A stretch of DNA of 51,120 nucleotides from Chromera velia. Its lineage: Eukaryota. Made by a program: the position numbers and the translations under genes. Under the pieces are notes generated by a model, which saw only the letters and a program-made list of their open reading frames with translations, was not told where the DNA came from and searched no databases. The stretch lies in contig JAHBMJ010000317.1 in assembly GCA_018398765.1 (NCBI GenBank), positions 1-51,120 of the forward strand, read 5' to 3'. Position 1 is the stretch's first letter. Every line of letters begins with the position of its first letter. This document shows positions 35,987-48,100 of the stretch, one piece after another.

Positions 35987-37101
35987 CTAGGGGTGGACAC
36001 TAAAGTTTTTTTTATAATATAGTTTGCTTGCAAAACTTTAAAATTTAATTTTAAAACTTTAAAAGTAAACATGCAACCAGACATACAAAAGCTCATTTAA
36101 AAGACATTGCTAGAGAAGTTGGTTTCATTTATATTATTGCAGACAAAGTTGATGCTTTATAAATTACTAGATATACTATAGTTATGCAAAAGCTTTTTAA
36201 ATTTGAAAACGATGTATGTAATGCATTACTATATTAATTACAATTTTCACAAAAATTCCTAGAAACAACGTTAATATAAATTCAAACAACCGGTAGCTTT
36301 GGTCCTCTGGGATCCTTCTCCAAGAAATCCAGTTCTTTTTTTCCAACAATCACTTCTCTTAACAGACGGTGGCGGCTGTTTGCAACTACTACTCCCCCGG
36401 GTCTCTTTTCGATGTATGCCAACGAGTCAAATTGTGTTTCCCTTTCATCTGTCCTCTTTTTTCTTCTTCTCTTTTTGTGCAATCATTCGTGCCTTTAAAT
36501 GCAGATAAGGCAAAGTTAAGTTCGTTTATGTTGTGTGCATTTATGTTGATCGCCTATTGCATGCAGAAAATCTATGTAGTACTCCTCAATCGCTGGACTC
36601 CTTGCCATGTGTTTAATGAATGTCGTGAGCACAAACTCTGTATACATGATTCTTGAATTCAATCTCTTGATGGCTTCATACATAGACTTTCTTTATGTGC
36701 GTTCTTAGGCGCGTTCTTGTGTCAAGTCGCTGGATGAAAGGGAATTCCTGCGTTGCATACCTGATCTGAAATCCATTGATTCTAATGATTGCGAGTGTTT
36801 ACTTCCCGGTGCAAGTACATCCGAACTTTTGATCTGTGATGTCATCCGATCACTTTTCTTCCGATGCTAGATCTGATCGATCTCGCTGATGATTGTTTTC
36901 AATGTGAACATAAATTTCAACCTAAAGAGACTAAGCTTGTGCCATCTTCTATGTAGTTTAGTTATGAGTCTAACTTATGACTGACTTAATTAACGATCTA
37001 CTCAAAAGCTGATTGAAAAATATTTTTTAAAAATAAAGTCTAAAGGACAAAAAAAAAACTTTAACAAAAAAAAATTTTAAAACTTTAGTGTCCAACCCTA
37101 G
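35987..37101. mobile_element. 1.1 kb non-autonomous TIR DNA transposon with CTAGG termini and 8-bp TSD (hAT/P-like TSD length)
   Basis: 23-bp TIRs CTAGGGGTGGACACTAAAGTTTT (35987-36009) and 37079-37101 match 22/23; TSD AACATTTT at 35979-35986 and 37102-37109. Confidence 0.9.
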
Positions 37102-37193
37102 AACATTTTATATAATTTTATTGCTATAACTTTTTTTATCTTACTTATCAAAAAATCTGAAATGTTATATGTTATATATCGCCTGGCACATCA

Positions 37194-37194
<1 letters not shown>

Positions 37195-37230
<36 letters not shown>

Positions 37231-37242
37231 CACATATATATA
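37195..37242. repeat. (TA)n microsatellite
   Basis: Direct reading. Confidence 0.95.
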
Positions 37243-37347
37243 TGAATTTCTATATAAATGCACTGCAAGCTAGACTGCAAGGTAATTATGGGAGTTACTC
37301 ACGCTGTCGGTCTCGGTCCTGAATACATGGATGACGTGTTACTTCTG

Positions 37348-40300
37348 TTATGCCGCAACACGTCTTTTCTTGTCGTGCCTCTTGACATCTTTCAACACAG
37401 GCGCGGAGGGCGCTTCGAGAGGGCCCCGCTTCAACTCGTCCAAAGGACGACGGACCCCCAGGGACCTTCTCAAATTCAAATACGCCAGTCGACCTGCGTA
37501 CCTCGAAAGAAGGGAAGCAACGGATCGTGATTGCCTCTTCCCACCTCCCCGCCTTTCTCCTGCGACCGCGGCTGAAGCGCGTTCGGAACCCTCTCCGACT
37601 CCTTCCCCGAAAAACGTTGAAAGTCCTCCTGCTTGTCCCACAAAAGAGAAGACTTCCTTCTTTGCCGTCTCTTTGACTGCACTTCTAGGGTCCAAAAGCG
37701 AGCCTCTAGAGGCCTCGAGTATCTTCTCCAAAAGAGCAGATAACTCGGCCTTGGACTGTGCGATTGCCAGCGCTGCCCCTGAGCCCTCTCGTCCCTTTCC
37801 ACTCTTCTTCACAGACTTGTGATTGCTTGCAGCCTTTTCTTTCTCTGCCTTCTTCTCTTTGTGTGCCTCCTGTCTTCTTGCCTTCGTGGCAAGTTCCCAC
37901 CTCTTGAATCCCATTCTCTTTGCTGCATCTGCCCTCACGCGCTCTCTCGATGCCCTCATCTGAGAGGACGAATGGGCAGAGTGGACATGGGAAGAGGGAG
38001 CAGCCTGCACAGACAGAGAGCCCGTAGGAGCAGTAGAGGCATCAGTCACTGTTCCTCCTCCTCCTCTGTGTCTTCTCCTCCTGCGTTCCCTGCCTCTGGT
38101 CACCGCTGAGTGAATGTCTTCCAACACACGCACAGAAGAGAAAGAGTGCAGACCCGATGCGGCAGCACTCAACAGAGCAGACTGCAGAACCGAGTCTGCC
38201 TTCTTTGAGGACTCTAAAGTGGCCAGATGAGCGTGTTCTCCTGACATCTCGCTTTCCATCGTCTCTGCCTGCAGGGACACGAATGCCTGCTCTTCTCCTA
38301 CTTCCTCTCCTTCCTCTGCATTCCCAACGCCGGCACTCGAGGAAGGAGCCAGGAAGCTCTGCTGCTGGTGTTGGTGTTGCGCGTCACCCCGTCTCTTCGC
38401 GCTCGCTTTCTTTTTCTCTACCGTTTCCTGCGGACAGCAAAGAGAAAGCGATTTCTCTGATTCTGAGGGAACGTCTGCTTATTCGCAAAAAAAAAAAAAA
38501 GGCGAACAAGAGAGAACACACATTTCGATGTTGACATTCGTGACGTTCCTGTTTTGGAGCAATTCGAATCAAAAACGAAGGAAGACAGACAGAAGACAGA
38601 ACGAACGAACGCACCTGAACACCCGCATCCTTCCTCTCAGCCCCCTGAAGAGCTCCCTGCAAAATAGTCTCTACTTCCCCTTCACTCCCGTCAGACCCAG
38701 AAGGAACCCCGGGGACTCTCCCTGCGCCCTCCATACCCTCCTCCTCCTCCTCAGGCTCAATTGGAGGGAAGGTCTCTGTTCCTTCGGGCCCGCTCATCTC
38801 GTCAGAGGGGTAGAAAGTCTCGAAGTCCTCGTAGTAGCACACCGCCGTGGGCTCGTACAGGGAGGCCACGAGGTAGAGGCCGCCCTTGGACGTGGAGGAA
38901 ATATCAAACAGGGTCAGTCTGCATGCATCAACAGAGGGGGAGAATATTGTACGGTGGTAGAGCCATTACGGTGTTCCTTGGAAATCGTTTTGACTTCAGG
39001 GGAACGTTAGAGCGCACAACAGATTGATGCCGGGACATCAAGTCTTGGTCTGAAAAACCATTCATGCATACATGTCAACTTCAATCGGGGTGCCGAGCAC
39101 AGATGAAAATTGGAAAGCGAAGATGCCGCAGTGAGGCGGCTTGAGAATCAGTCAAAGTGCAGCTTTAAAAGATGGTACCGATGTTTGCAAGACACTACAT
39201 CTCCACTCACAAAGCATCCACTGAGAGAGGCAAAGAGTGAGAGACAGAGAGAGAGAGAGAGACTGACGGAGGAGTAGGAGGGCCAAACTCGGGGGGCCCG
39301 TCCATCACTTCTGTCGTGTATTCCTCTGGAGGTGGGGGAGGCATCTCTGCTTCCTCTGGGAGGTAGCCGGGCTCAGTCTCCAACTCTGTCTCTGGTTCTA
39401 CTTCTGTGATGGTCGTCGTTGTGGTTGTGGTTGTGGTCGGCTCTTGGGTAGTTGTAGTTGTTGTGGTGGTGGTGGAGACGGGTGGGACTGTGGTTGTCTC
39501 AACAAGAATCGGTTCTGTTGTTGTGGAAATCGGAAGTGGTTCCAGTGTGGTGGAAGCCTCCGTGGTTGTGGTTGTGGTCGTGGTCGTTGGTTCAGTCGTG
39601 GTGGTAGAAAGGAGAGGCACTACTGATGGGTAAGTAGCTGAGGCTTGGTCAGTGTCTGATGGTAAGTTCTCCCCGTCCACTGCCTGTGTTTCTGGGGTGC
39701 TTGTGCTGGCGTGTGAGCGCACAGTAGCTGTCTGAGAGGAAGAGGGGTTTGTGGAGTGTTGAGGCGATGACACATCTGAGGATTGTTCTGAGGCTGGCGT
39801 GTCGACAGAGAGGCTTGTAGGGATCTCCTCGGGAATTGTATCAGATCCAATGACTTTCTGGTGTGAGGGGGGGAGGGGTTCACTGCCGGTTGTGGTGTCT
39901 TTTGAATCTGGGCTGAGACTCGGGCTGTTTGCATTTGTTGGGGAAGACAATTTGCTTTTGTCCTCTTTCAATTCCCTTGGGGGCTCTGGAGCTGTTGTCT
40001 TTGGAGTTGTTTCTGTTGTGACTTCCTCCTCGGATTCTGTTTCTCCTGTAGCATCTACTGTCACAGAGAGTTTCGAAGAAGAAGAAGAAGAAGAAGACGA
40101 CTGTGCGTTCTCAGGTTGGTTGTCCTCTTCCTCTTCTTCCTCTTCCTCATCTGACGCCTCCTCTCCATCCTGAGAACCTTGAGAAGAGGAAGGGGACTCA
40201 TCCGTCTCCCGCTCTTCTTCTGAAGGGAGGGCGTGAGTGTCTTCAGAGGGCACTCCCCTCTGTCGAAGCTCTGTGAAGGCTGATGCAGTGGAAGCCAAGG

Positions 40301-42054
40301 GAGTCTCAGAGACCGGAAGGCTAGACAGGATTGAAGGAGAAGAAGGAGCGGAGCCTTTGGAGGCGACCCCTAGTTTTTCTGAAGCTTCAGCAGCAGAGGG
40401 TATGAGCGAGATGACGCTGTCGGTGTGATGCTGCTGCTGTTGTTTACTCACTGCACTCACAGCCGCATTCGGAATGAAAGGCACGTGTTGCCCACCCATC
40501 TGGCCAGAGGGCGACCTCATCTCTTTTGAAGCCATGGAAGGTGCCTGGGAGTCCATAGAACCCCCCCCCATCTCTGAGGAGATTGAGGGCGGCCGCAGCT
40601 GCTGCAGTGTCTCCTCCAATTCCACGGGGCCCCAGTTCGTCGTGTTGAGGTTCTGTCGGGGATTCTTGCTGGAGCCGTACAGCTGCAAGCAGGCAGGTGT
40701 GTGTTGTATTTCAGGCAAGTGGCGTCGATGTCACGCGATTAAATCATAAGATATGTAGTGTCATTGACAAGTAATTATTCAAATGACGAGAGTTATTGTC
40801 TCTGCCAAAGTCCACAAGGAGACGAAATCCATGAAAGGCACATATTTTGCTGATCGCATTTCCACTTGGGAAGGGAAAGGTTATCACAATTAAGACTGGA
40901 CGGGCAGAGAACCCACTTTGATTGCAATTTTCTGTCTTGCCCCGGTGGGTGCCGTGAGGATTTCGAAGAGGTCGTTAAGCATGTCGGCTGTGTTGCGGGA
41001 CTTCATCAGGAACTCCAGCATCTCCTGCATGCTTGCGGTGGGTGGACAGACAACATATCTATCGATCGATGTATCAATTGCTCCTGTCCCCCTGCACTTA
41101 TGCCTCTATGCTGGGGGTTGCCGGGAAATGCATCAAAGTTCCACCGAGCACCTCCGTAGAAACAGTGAAGCGGAGATCTAAAAGAAATATGCTCCTCCCG
41201 TCCTAATCGGAGGTACGTTCGATAAGAAAAAGGAACTTGCCACAAAAGAAAATGCAGAAAAAATGTTTGGGCGCATCAAACGTTATTTCTCTCTCACCCC
41301 CCCATGGACGAACGAACCATTTCTTCCTCAAAGCAGAGACTGTGCGTCCAGATTCTCCTCCACCACCTGCACACGCACGTGCACGACAATGTGACGAAGA
41401 TTCTCAAAGGTATCGAGAGAGGTTTCTCAAAAGGGAGCTCCTGTACAAATGAAAAGAGGGAGATCCCGGGCGCTTTCAAATACCAACAGTCACACAGACA
41501 AAGAAACCTTCCTACGCATACCGTTCTGACCTTCCCCTTCTCCCGACAGACCTCTCAAAATGGTCCCCGAGTGTCATGTCGATAGGGCTGTTCGTCATGG
41601 CAACCTCCTGAAAGGAAAGCAGCAATGGTAGAGGGAAGACATCAAGCAAGGCACAATAAAGGGGGGTTCATGTCAAGATGAGCAAGCCAAGATCTCTCTT
41701 GAGAGGGGCCAGACACTCTGTATTAGTTGAAACAAATCACTTCTTTCTGTCCATGTCCACTCAGACTCCGATGCAAGAAAACCAGAACCCCTAAGCAGGT
41801 CACTGATGTTCCGTGAGTTTCCGTTGATTGTCGTGATTTCAATCATCTTCCTACAAGAAAAAATTTTGCTCCAACTGACTGACGGCCTTGAGACGGAACA
41901 CGTCCTCTTCAGACAGTCCCCCCTCTCCCTCTGAGTCCACTCCTCTCCACTTCTTCCTGAGACTCCCGAGGAGATATTCGATCTCTCCCTCCACGCGGTC
42001 GGGGTCAACAGGGTCGTCGCCTCCTCTGTCGGGGCCCTGCATGAGAGAGAGAGG

Positions 42055-42120
<66 letters not shown>

Positions 42121-45100
42121 AAGAGGTCAAACTCGAAATGCCGCGAAAAGAAGAGAAACGAGATGCGCCAAGGGAACAGAGTGTGAGCACGCCGAGAAAG
42201 ATTGTGAGAAACATAAGAAAGAGAGACTGCGTCAAGTGACGGGCTGAAATCAAAGTAGACAAGCAGACGCAATTAATAAATTCGATTGACATGCAACATT
42301 TACACGAGCCACACAACTTGGAGTCTGGACAGGAAAAAAAGAAGAGCTGAGCATGGAGCCATATAATTTCGTCAAGAAAGCCGACGGCACGGGGGCCGAA
42401 GGAAAGACCTGTACGACGACCCGAAGTTCCGAGACATACATTTACTTTGTGTATGAAAAAGAATTCTGTATGAACGTAAATGTATGGGCCGACCTGTACG
42501 ATGACCCGAAGTTCCGAGACAGGGTAAGTCTCCCCAGCCATCCCGCTGACAACATACCCCAACTGCTTCTCTGTCCTCAGGTACTCAAACACGGGAGTGC
42601 TCAGCATCGACCCGATCTGCGAACAGATACAAGTGAAATATTCTTCTTTTGTTCAAAATGGTTCGACGAAAAACGGATCTCCCTCGGCTTTCCACAATTT
42701 GAACGAACGCTTTGTATTTATGTGGGTGAGGAAACACATCAAACAGCTTGTGCTTTTCTCCACCGATGCACCCTGCCTGCTCTTCCTTTGCTCCTTCGTC
42801 TCTCTCTGTCTATCTCGTTCTTTGTCTGACCATTTCAATCACTGCCTTCTGTGCTCTGACCATTTTAATCACTGCCTTCTGTGCGATGTCCGCAATGCCC
42901 CACTGGTAGACTGCCAGTGTGGCATGGTCCAGGTCTCCTGGAATGGGGTTGGGAATGCGGACGTCCAGAGGGGGGGAGGCGTCTAGGGCCTGCAGGGAAG
43001 TGAGTAGGGAATGGCATTGGTGTCAGGACAAAGAGATGAAAAGTGGCGAGCAGCTTTCCATCGAGAGCGACAAAAAGTGGGTGATCAGGCGAAAGGTGTC
43101 GGGAGGGGCAGTTCGGAAGATCAGAAGAGAATCTCACCAAGTCAGAGGAGACTGAAGACACGGATGTGCAAGAGCGTGAAAAAAAACATTAAACTTATTG
43201 CTCGACCGCGCACTACCCTAATGGCCGAACAACCTTTTCCCTTGTATTTAGGCTTTCTGGCATGTGAACCGCAAACTAGCTGGGACCGTTTAGTTTGTAT
43301 TTCACCTCCCTTGTCCCATCTGACTGACAAAGAACTGCACCGCTTCCGACTGTGCAATTGGCACATGATGGATGGCCCTGGAGGCTTCCTCTGCAAGTCT
43401 GACGGCGTCGTCTGATCCGATGTCCCCAATCATCAGGGCGTCAATGAACGAGAGGGGGCAGATCTCTCTCACAAACTTCACGTAGGTGCTGAAGGAGGAG
43501 GCCTCCGGGTCCAGCAGGAGCTGCAGACAAGGGGACAAACACTCAGTTTTTTATACAGATGATGAGCCTCATATCAGGTCCTGCAGTGGAGAGTGCATCG
43601 ACAAAAGCTGTGTCCGGTAAATCACAATGACTTTTTCCGCGTCAAAGAGTGTTCGCAAATGGCGTAAATGTCCCGGAAAGCTAAGGAAAATTGCGGGCCG
43701 ATCTCTGTACTTGTAACTCTATCCCAGGCAGAAAGAGAGTCCTCTCTTGCAAGTGATTCAGAGGACCTTTTTCAGAAACGCTGTGTGTTGGGTCTGGACG
43801 AGTCAACGCAAACGTGTTTGTCTGCGCACCTCTTTCTTCTCTGTGTCCGTGAAGACGTTAGGTCTCTCAACCGTCTGGAGTGCCTTCATTGCGAGTTGGT
43901 AGGGCTGACTCTCGCTGTAGTCGGCCAGGTCAATGAGCAGCTGCATGCGAAGGAAAGAGAAGGAGGGGAAGGGGGTGGGATGGAAAAGTCGTGAGAGACG
44001 AAGAGGAAAAGGCAGAAGACGAAGGAGACATAAAGAGAGATAGAACAGGGGGGACATCGCGAAGTGAAACGGCTCTGTACACTTGGGGCAGGGTCCAATT
44101 GGGGAAAGGGCTCTCCCAAAACTCAATTGGGTTCAGGTGCACATTTGGGAGCCCTGATATTCATAGCACATGGCGAGCAGAAATGCAGGTGGACAGGCAG
44201 GCTTCCAATGCTTCAATGGCGTTGCACACACGCACAAAAAGCTGTTCACCCAAAGCCGCTCACATGCACTTTCGATCGATCCTTCTGACCTCCTCTCTGA
44301 CAAGTTCAAAGACTTTCTGAGTCTCCGTAATGGTGTCCTTTGCCTTCGCCTTTTCCTCGACGAAGCTGCTCTCTCCTCCCTGAGGTGCCAGAATCTCTTC
44401 ATCTGTCTGACCCCTCATGATGGGATCAAACCCAAATTCCTTCAGAGTCTTCACAAACACGTGCTCGAAGTGTTCACTCCAAGCCTGAAAGAGAAGAAAA
44501 ACAAGGAGGGGTTCTTCGTGTTGAAAGGGAATAAAGAAGTGATCGATGAAGGGCGAAAATTGGGCAGCATGCCCAAATCTTATACTTCTATGATCAAAGA
44601 ATTTCTTTTTTCTTCCAGAAGGGTGCTGCATGGGCCATTTCTCTATCGTCCTTTCTGCTTGTCTGCCCTCTCTAAGAGGGATAGAAACGAATAGACAGTC
44701 TCATTGAAGATGTATGTAGCTGGTCCACGCTTTGATAAAGCTACACACTTGATGTCTCCCCCCCTCCCTTGAACTGACCGCCACTCTGATGGAGAAGCAC
44801 CCTGCCTCAAACTCTACTGCCACCTCCGTAGGGGTCCCTGTGAACTCCGCGAGCTTCCTGTCCAGGAGACGCTCTATCACCAGGGCATGGAGCTCTCCCA
44901 TCAGGGCAGACCTGCAAAGAGGGAGGGAGCAGGTAGGGTGCAAAATGAAAAACAACTTCCAGATTGATGCCCCAAACAGAAGAGACAGTACTGTTCCTTG
45001 TAGGAGCAAAGAGCACACCCTTTTTCAGCTCCTCTCCCATCATGTCCCAACAGCTGAATGTGCACCAACCTCACATATTCGAAACATCAGTTTCACAACA

Positions 45101-48100
45101 CATGCAGTCCGAAAAAGGAGCGTCTCGACGCGACTGACAGAGGCGTCTGTTCCTTCTGCGTGAGACGCAGAATGATGGAGCTGTGGACCCTCGGCTCGTT
45201 GAAGGGTCCCCCGAAGCCCCCCTCCTCCACCACACCCGCACCTGGCACAGGGCCCTTCCACCAGACAGAGAGGCCCGCTGTGTGAAGGACAGGGCAAGGG
45301 GGGGAGAGGCGATTCTGGGGACAGGCGTCGTCCTCTACGCGGGGGGTGACTGCAGAGAGACGGGTCGGGACATTCGTCAAGGGCCCCGGCATGACCACCT
45401 CAGGGGTGAGATGGTGCTGCACACCGTCGGGAGGGGCCCCGGTAAGGATCTGGCTGTCTGCCAATCCGATCTCTCTGTACTTCACATCGTAATGGTCGAA
45501 GTGGGTCCAGGGGGCCAGGGGGGTGTCTGAGGCCGAGGCGTTGGCGTGGGGGTTGATGAGGAAGACGTTGGCGTTGACCTCCCTTATTCTGGACATGACG
45601 TCAGTGACTAGGGAGGCGTTGTAGGAGTCTAGATGAAGGAGGGAATTCGCAGTGAAGGCCATTTGAGGAGGGAAGATCAAAAGGTTTCCAGAAGCCTCGG
45701 GAAGATCTGACATGATGCTGGGAGGGAGTCCTGTCCTCTCTGCGATGCGCATCTCTGCGTCTGTCATGTTGACGACTGATTGGAGGAAGGCCAAGGTTGG
45801 GTCTGTCTCTGCGTCTGCGATCCTCTCCCTCCACTCGAGGATGAACGCGTTGAGAGTGTCCAGAATCTCGCGGTGGCTTTTGATGCCCTGAAGAAACAGA
45901 GTAAAGAGTAGAGAGTAGAGTGGTCAAGGAAAAATGAAACCGAACATGACAAAATCTGATGCAGTTGGGCACATAAGAAGTCAACTTCAATCTGCGTGGT
46001 TCTGGGACACTGGCTGGATTAGTTTGCTGAAGAGGCGGAGTGAATTGTGCTGAAACTGCTGCACACAACCAGACACAAACTTCCTCTGACTTTCGCTCGC
46101 CGACATGTTCAACAAACTACCCAGAAGCGTCCGATCGACTTGGAACAAGATGTGCCGCATGGATAAGCGAACAAAAAAAGACAAACACTGACTACCTGCT
46201 TCACCCACTAGCTGTCTTACTGACCGCCTCGGTCAATCCGATGGACACGTAGAAGAGAGTTGCTGCTGAGGTTGTGTCGTCATCAGCAACGACGTCAAAT
46301 GCGAGGCCTGTAGTGGAATGGATCGGTGGGAGGAGGGAAGGGAAAAACCAGACAACAGAACAAGTGAGGAAAAAAGAGCAAGCTGGGTGCAAGAAGAAGG
46401 GAGGAAATTGGAGGAGGGAAAGCAACTGTGAAGTGGAATGTCTCTGCATGGGAATCAACTGATGACTCTGTCTGAGTTTGCTCGAGGAAGCCAGACGACA
46501 TTTCTGCATGATGCATGGAAGCGCTGCATGACGAGCGGACCTTTCTTCTGCAGGGTGTCGATCAGGCCTCCTGCCCCAGGGTGAGTGAGGAGATGAGTGA
46601 TGTACGTCAGGGGCCTCCAGGGGGATTCCTGTACAGAAAGAAACGGAGTGAGGGGGTGGACGCGTAGACGAATACATAAATGGCTTGGGGGTATTGGAAA
46701 TCCGAAGACATTCGTCGGAAGATAGGAATTGAAAAGGCAAAAGAACGAAGAAAACAGAAAATTGGAAGACGGGTGGGTTGACTGCGGCTTTCTTCCCTTT
46801 CCAGGATCTACCCTGATGGTTTTCTCTTCTGTCGTCTAAAGATTCACCTTCAGAAGCGACGGGAGGGCGTACATAACGGTCAGAGTCGGTTGCCAGCCGT
46901 ATTTGGCCTCCACCTCAACAAACTTTCCTGCATTCGGGTAAGACGCAATAGAAGAGAAGGGCTCGGATGTGCATGAAAAACAACCCGGAAGGGCCTGTTA
47001 GTGGCAGCACCGTCTGTCAGACTGGGTTTTTGACCGAGGCAAGATCAGTTTTGAAAGAAGGATGGGTTGGTTCCGCATGTTCGTTCTAGCTCCTCATATG
47101 GATAGATGGAGAATGCATCATCGAACTTCGATCAACCCCCTCAGACAGACAGATACCATGCATTTCTTCCTCTCAGTCTTTTGCCCCCCTTCTGCCGAGG
47201 AAATCTCTGCCGTGTCCATTCAATAGCCGTTCCAGACTTTTTAATTCGTTTTTCCCAACCCTACATGCATCTGCCTACTCAGGGTCGTGTATTTGCTTTC
47301 ATACAGAATTCTTTTTCAGGGAGCAAATGAATTCTGTATGAAAGCAAATGCATGCATTTTCCCAACCCTACATGCATCTATCTGCCTACCCAGGGTAGTC
47401 CGGCTGAATGGCAGGGGGTCAGTCGGGTTGACGGGATCCTGGCAGACTCCAGATCGGATGGTGCCGAAGACCCTCTCGATGATCTCCCGTAACTCGTTCA
47501 TCGGACGGTCGTTCCTGCATCATGCACATGCAGGTACAAGCAGAATGAATCACGGAAATGCATGCAAGTACACACACGTATACACACAGGTAGACCGACA
47601 AAGTACTGAGCGTGTGAACACACCAGCGAGATGCTCCATTATTTTTTGTACGGCAAAGGGGTAATACGTTATGAAGAAAGGAGGGCTGACACCGAGTAAG
47701 GAAAGCGGCGAGACAAGGAAGAGGGATGACCGTGGAAGGGTGTGACAGAGAGACAGAGAGAGAAAGAAAGACTGAAACGGAGAGAGCAGCAGAAGAAAGT
47801 GAAAGTTGAAGAGAGAGGCACATAGCACGAAGTTGAGAGCAGACGCACAGACCTTATGACCAGGCTCATTCTGTCAGCACAGTAGTACTGATCATGGAAC
47901 TGGTGGAGTCTCTGGGGAACCTCCGTACCCTGTATGGGGGCGGGGGGTAGATAGGGGGAGGGAGGGAGGGAGGGACGGAGGGAGGGAGATGAGACACCAT
48001 GCACGCATGGCAAGGCACCACAAGGAAGGATGAATTCAATGAACAGAATAAAGTCGAGCCTCCGGAAGACTTGTGTTGTTTTTTGTGCATGTGTCTCTTC

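Noticed and set aside
36282..36945. Transposase remnant inside the 1.1 kb TIR element
   Set aside because: Minus-strand frames are stop-ridden and I recognise no DDE, BED or dimerisation motif.
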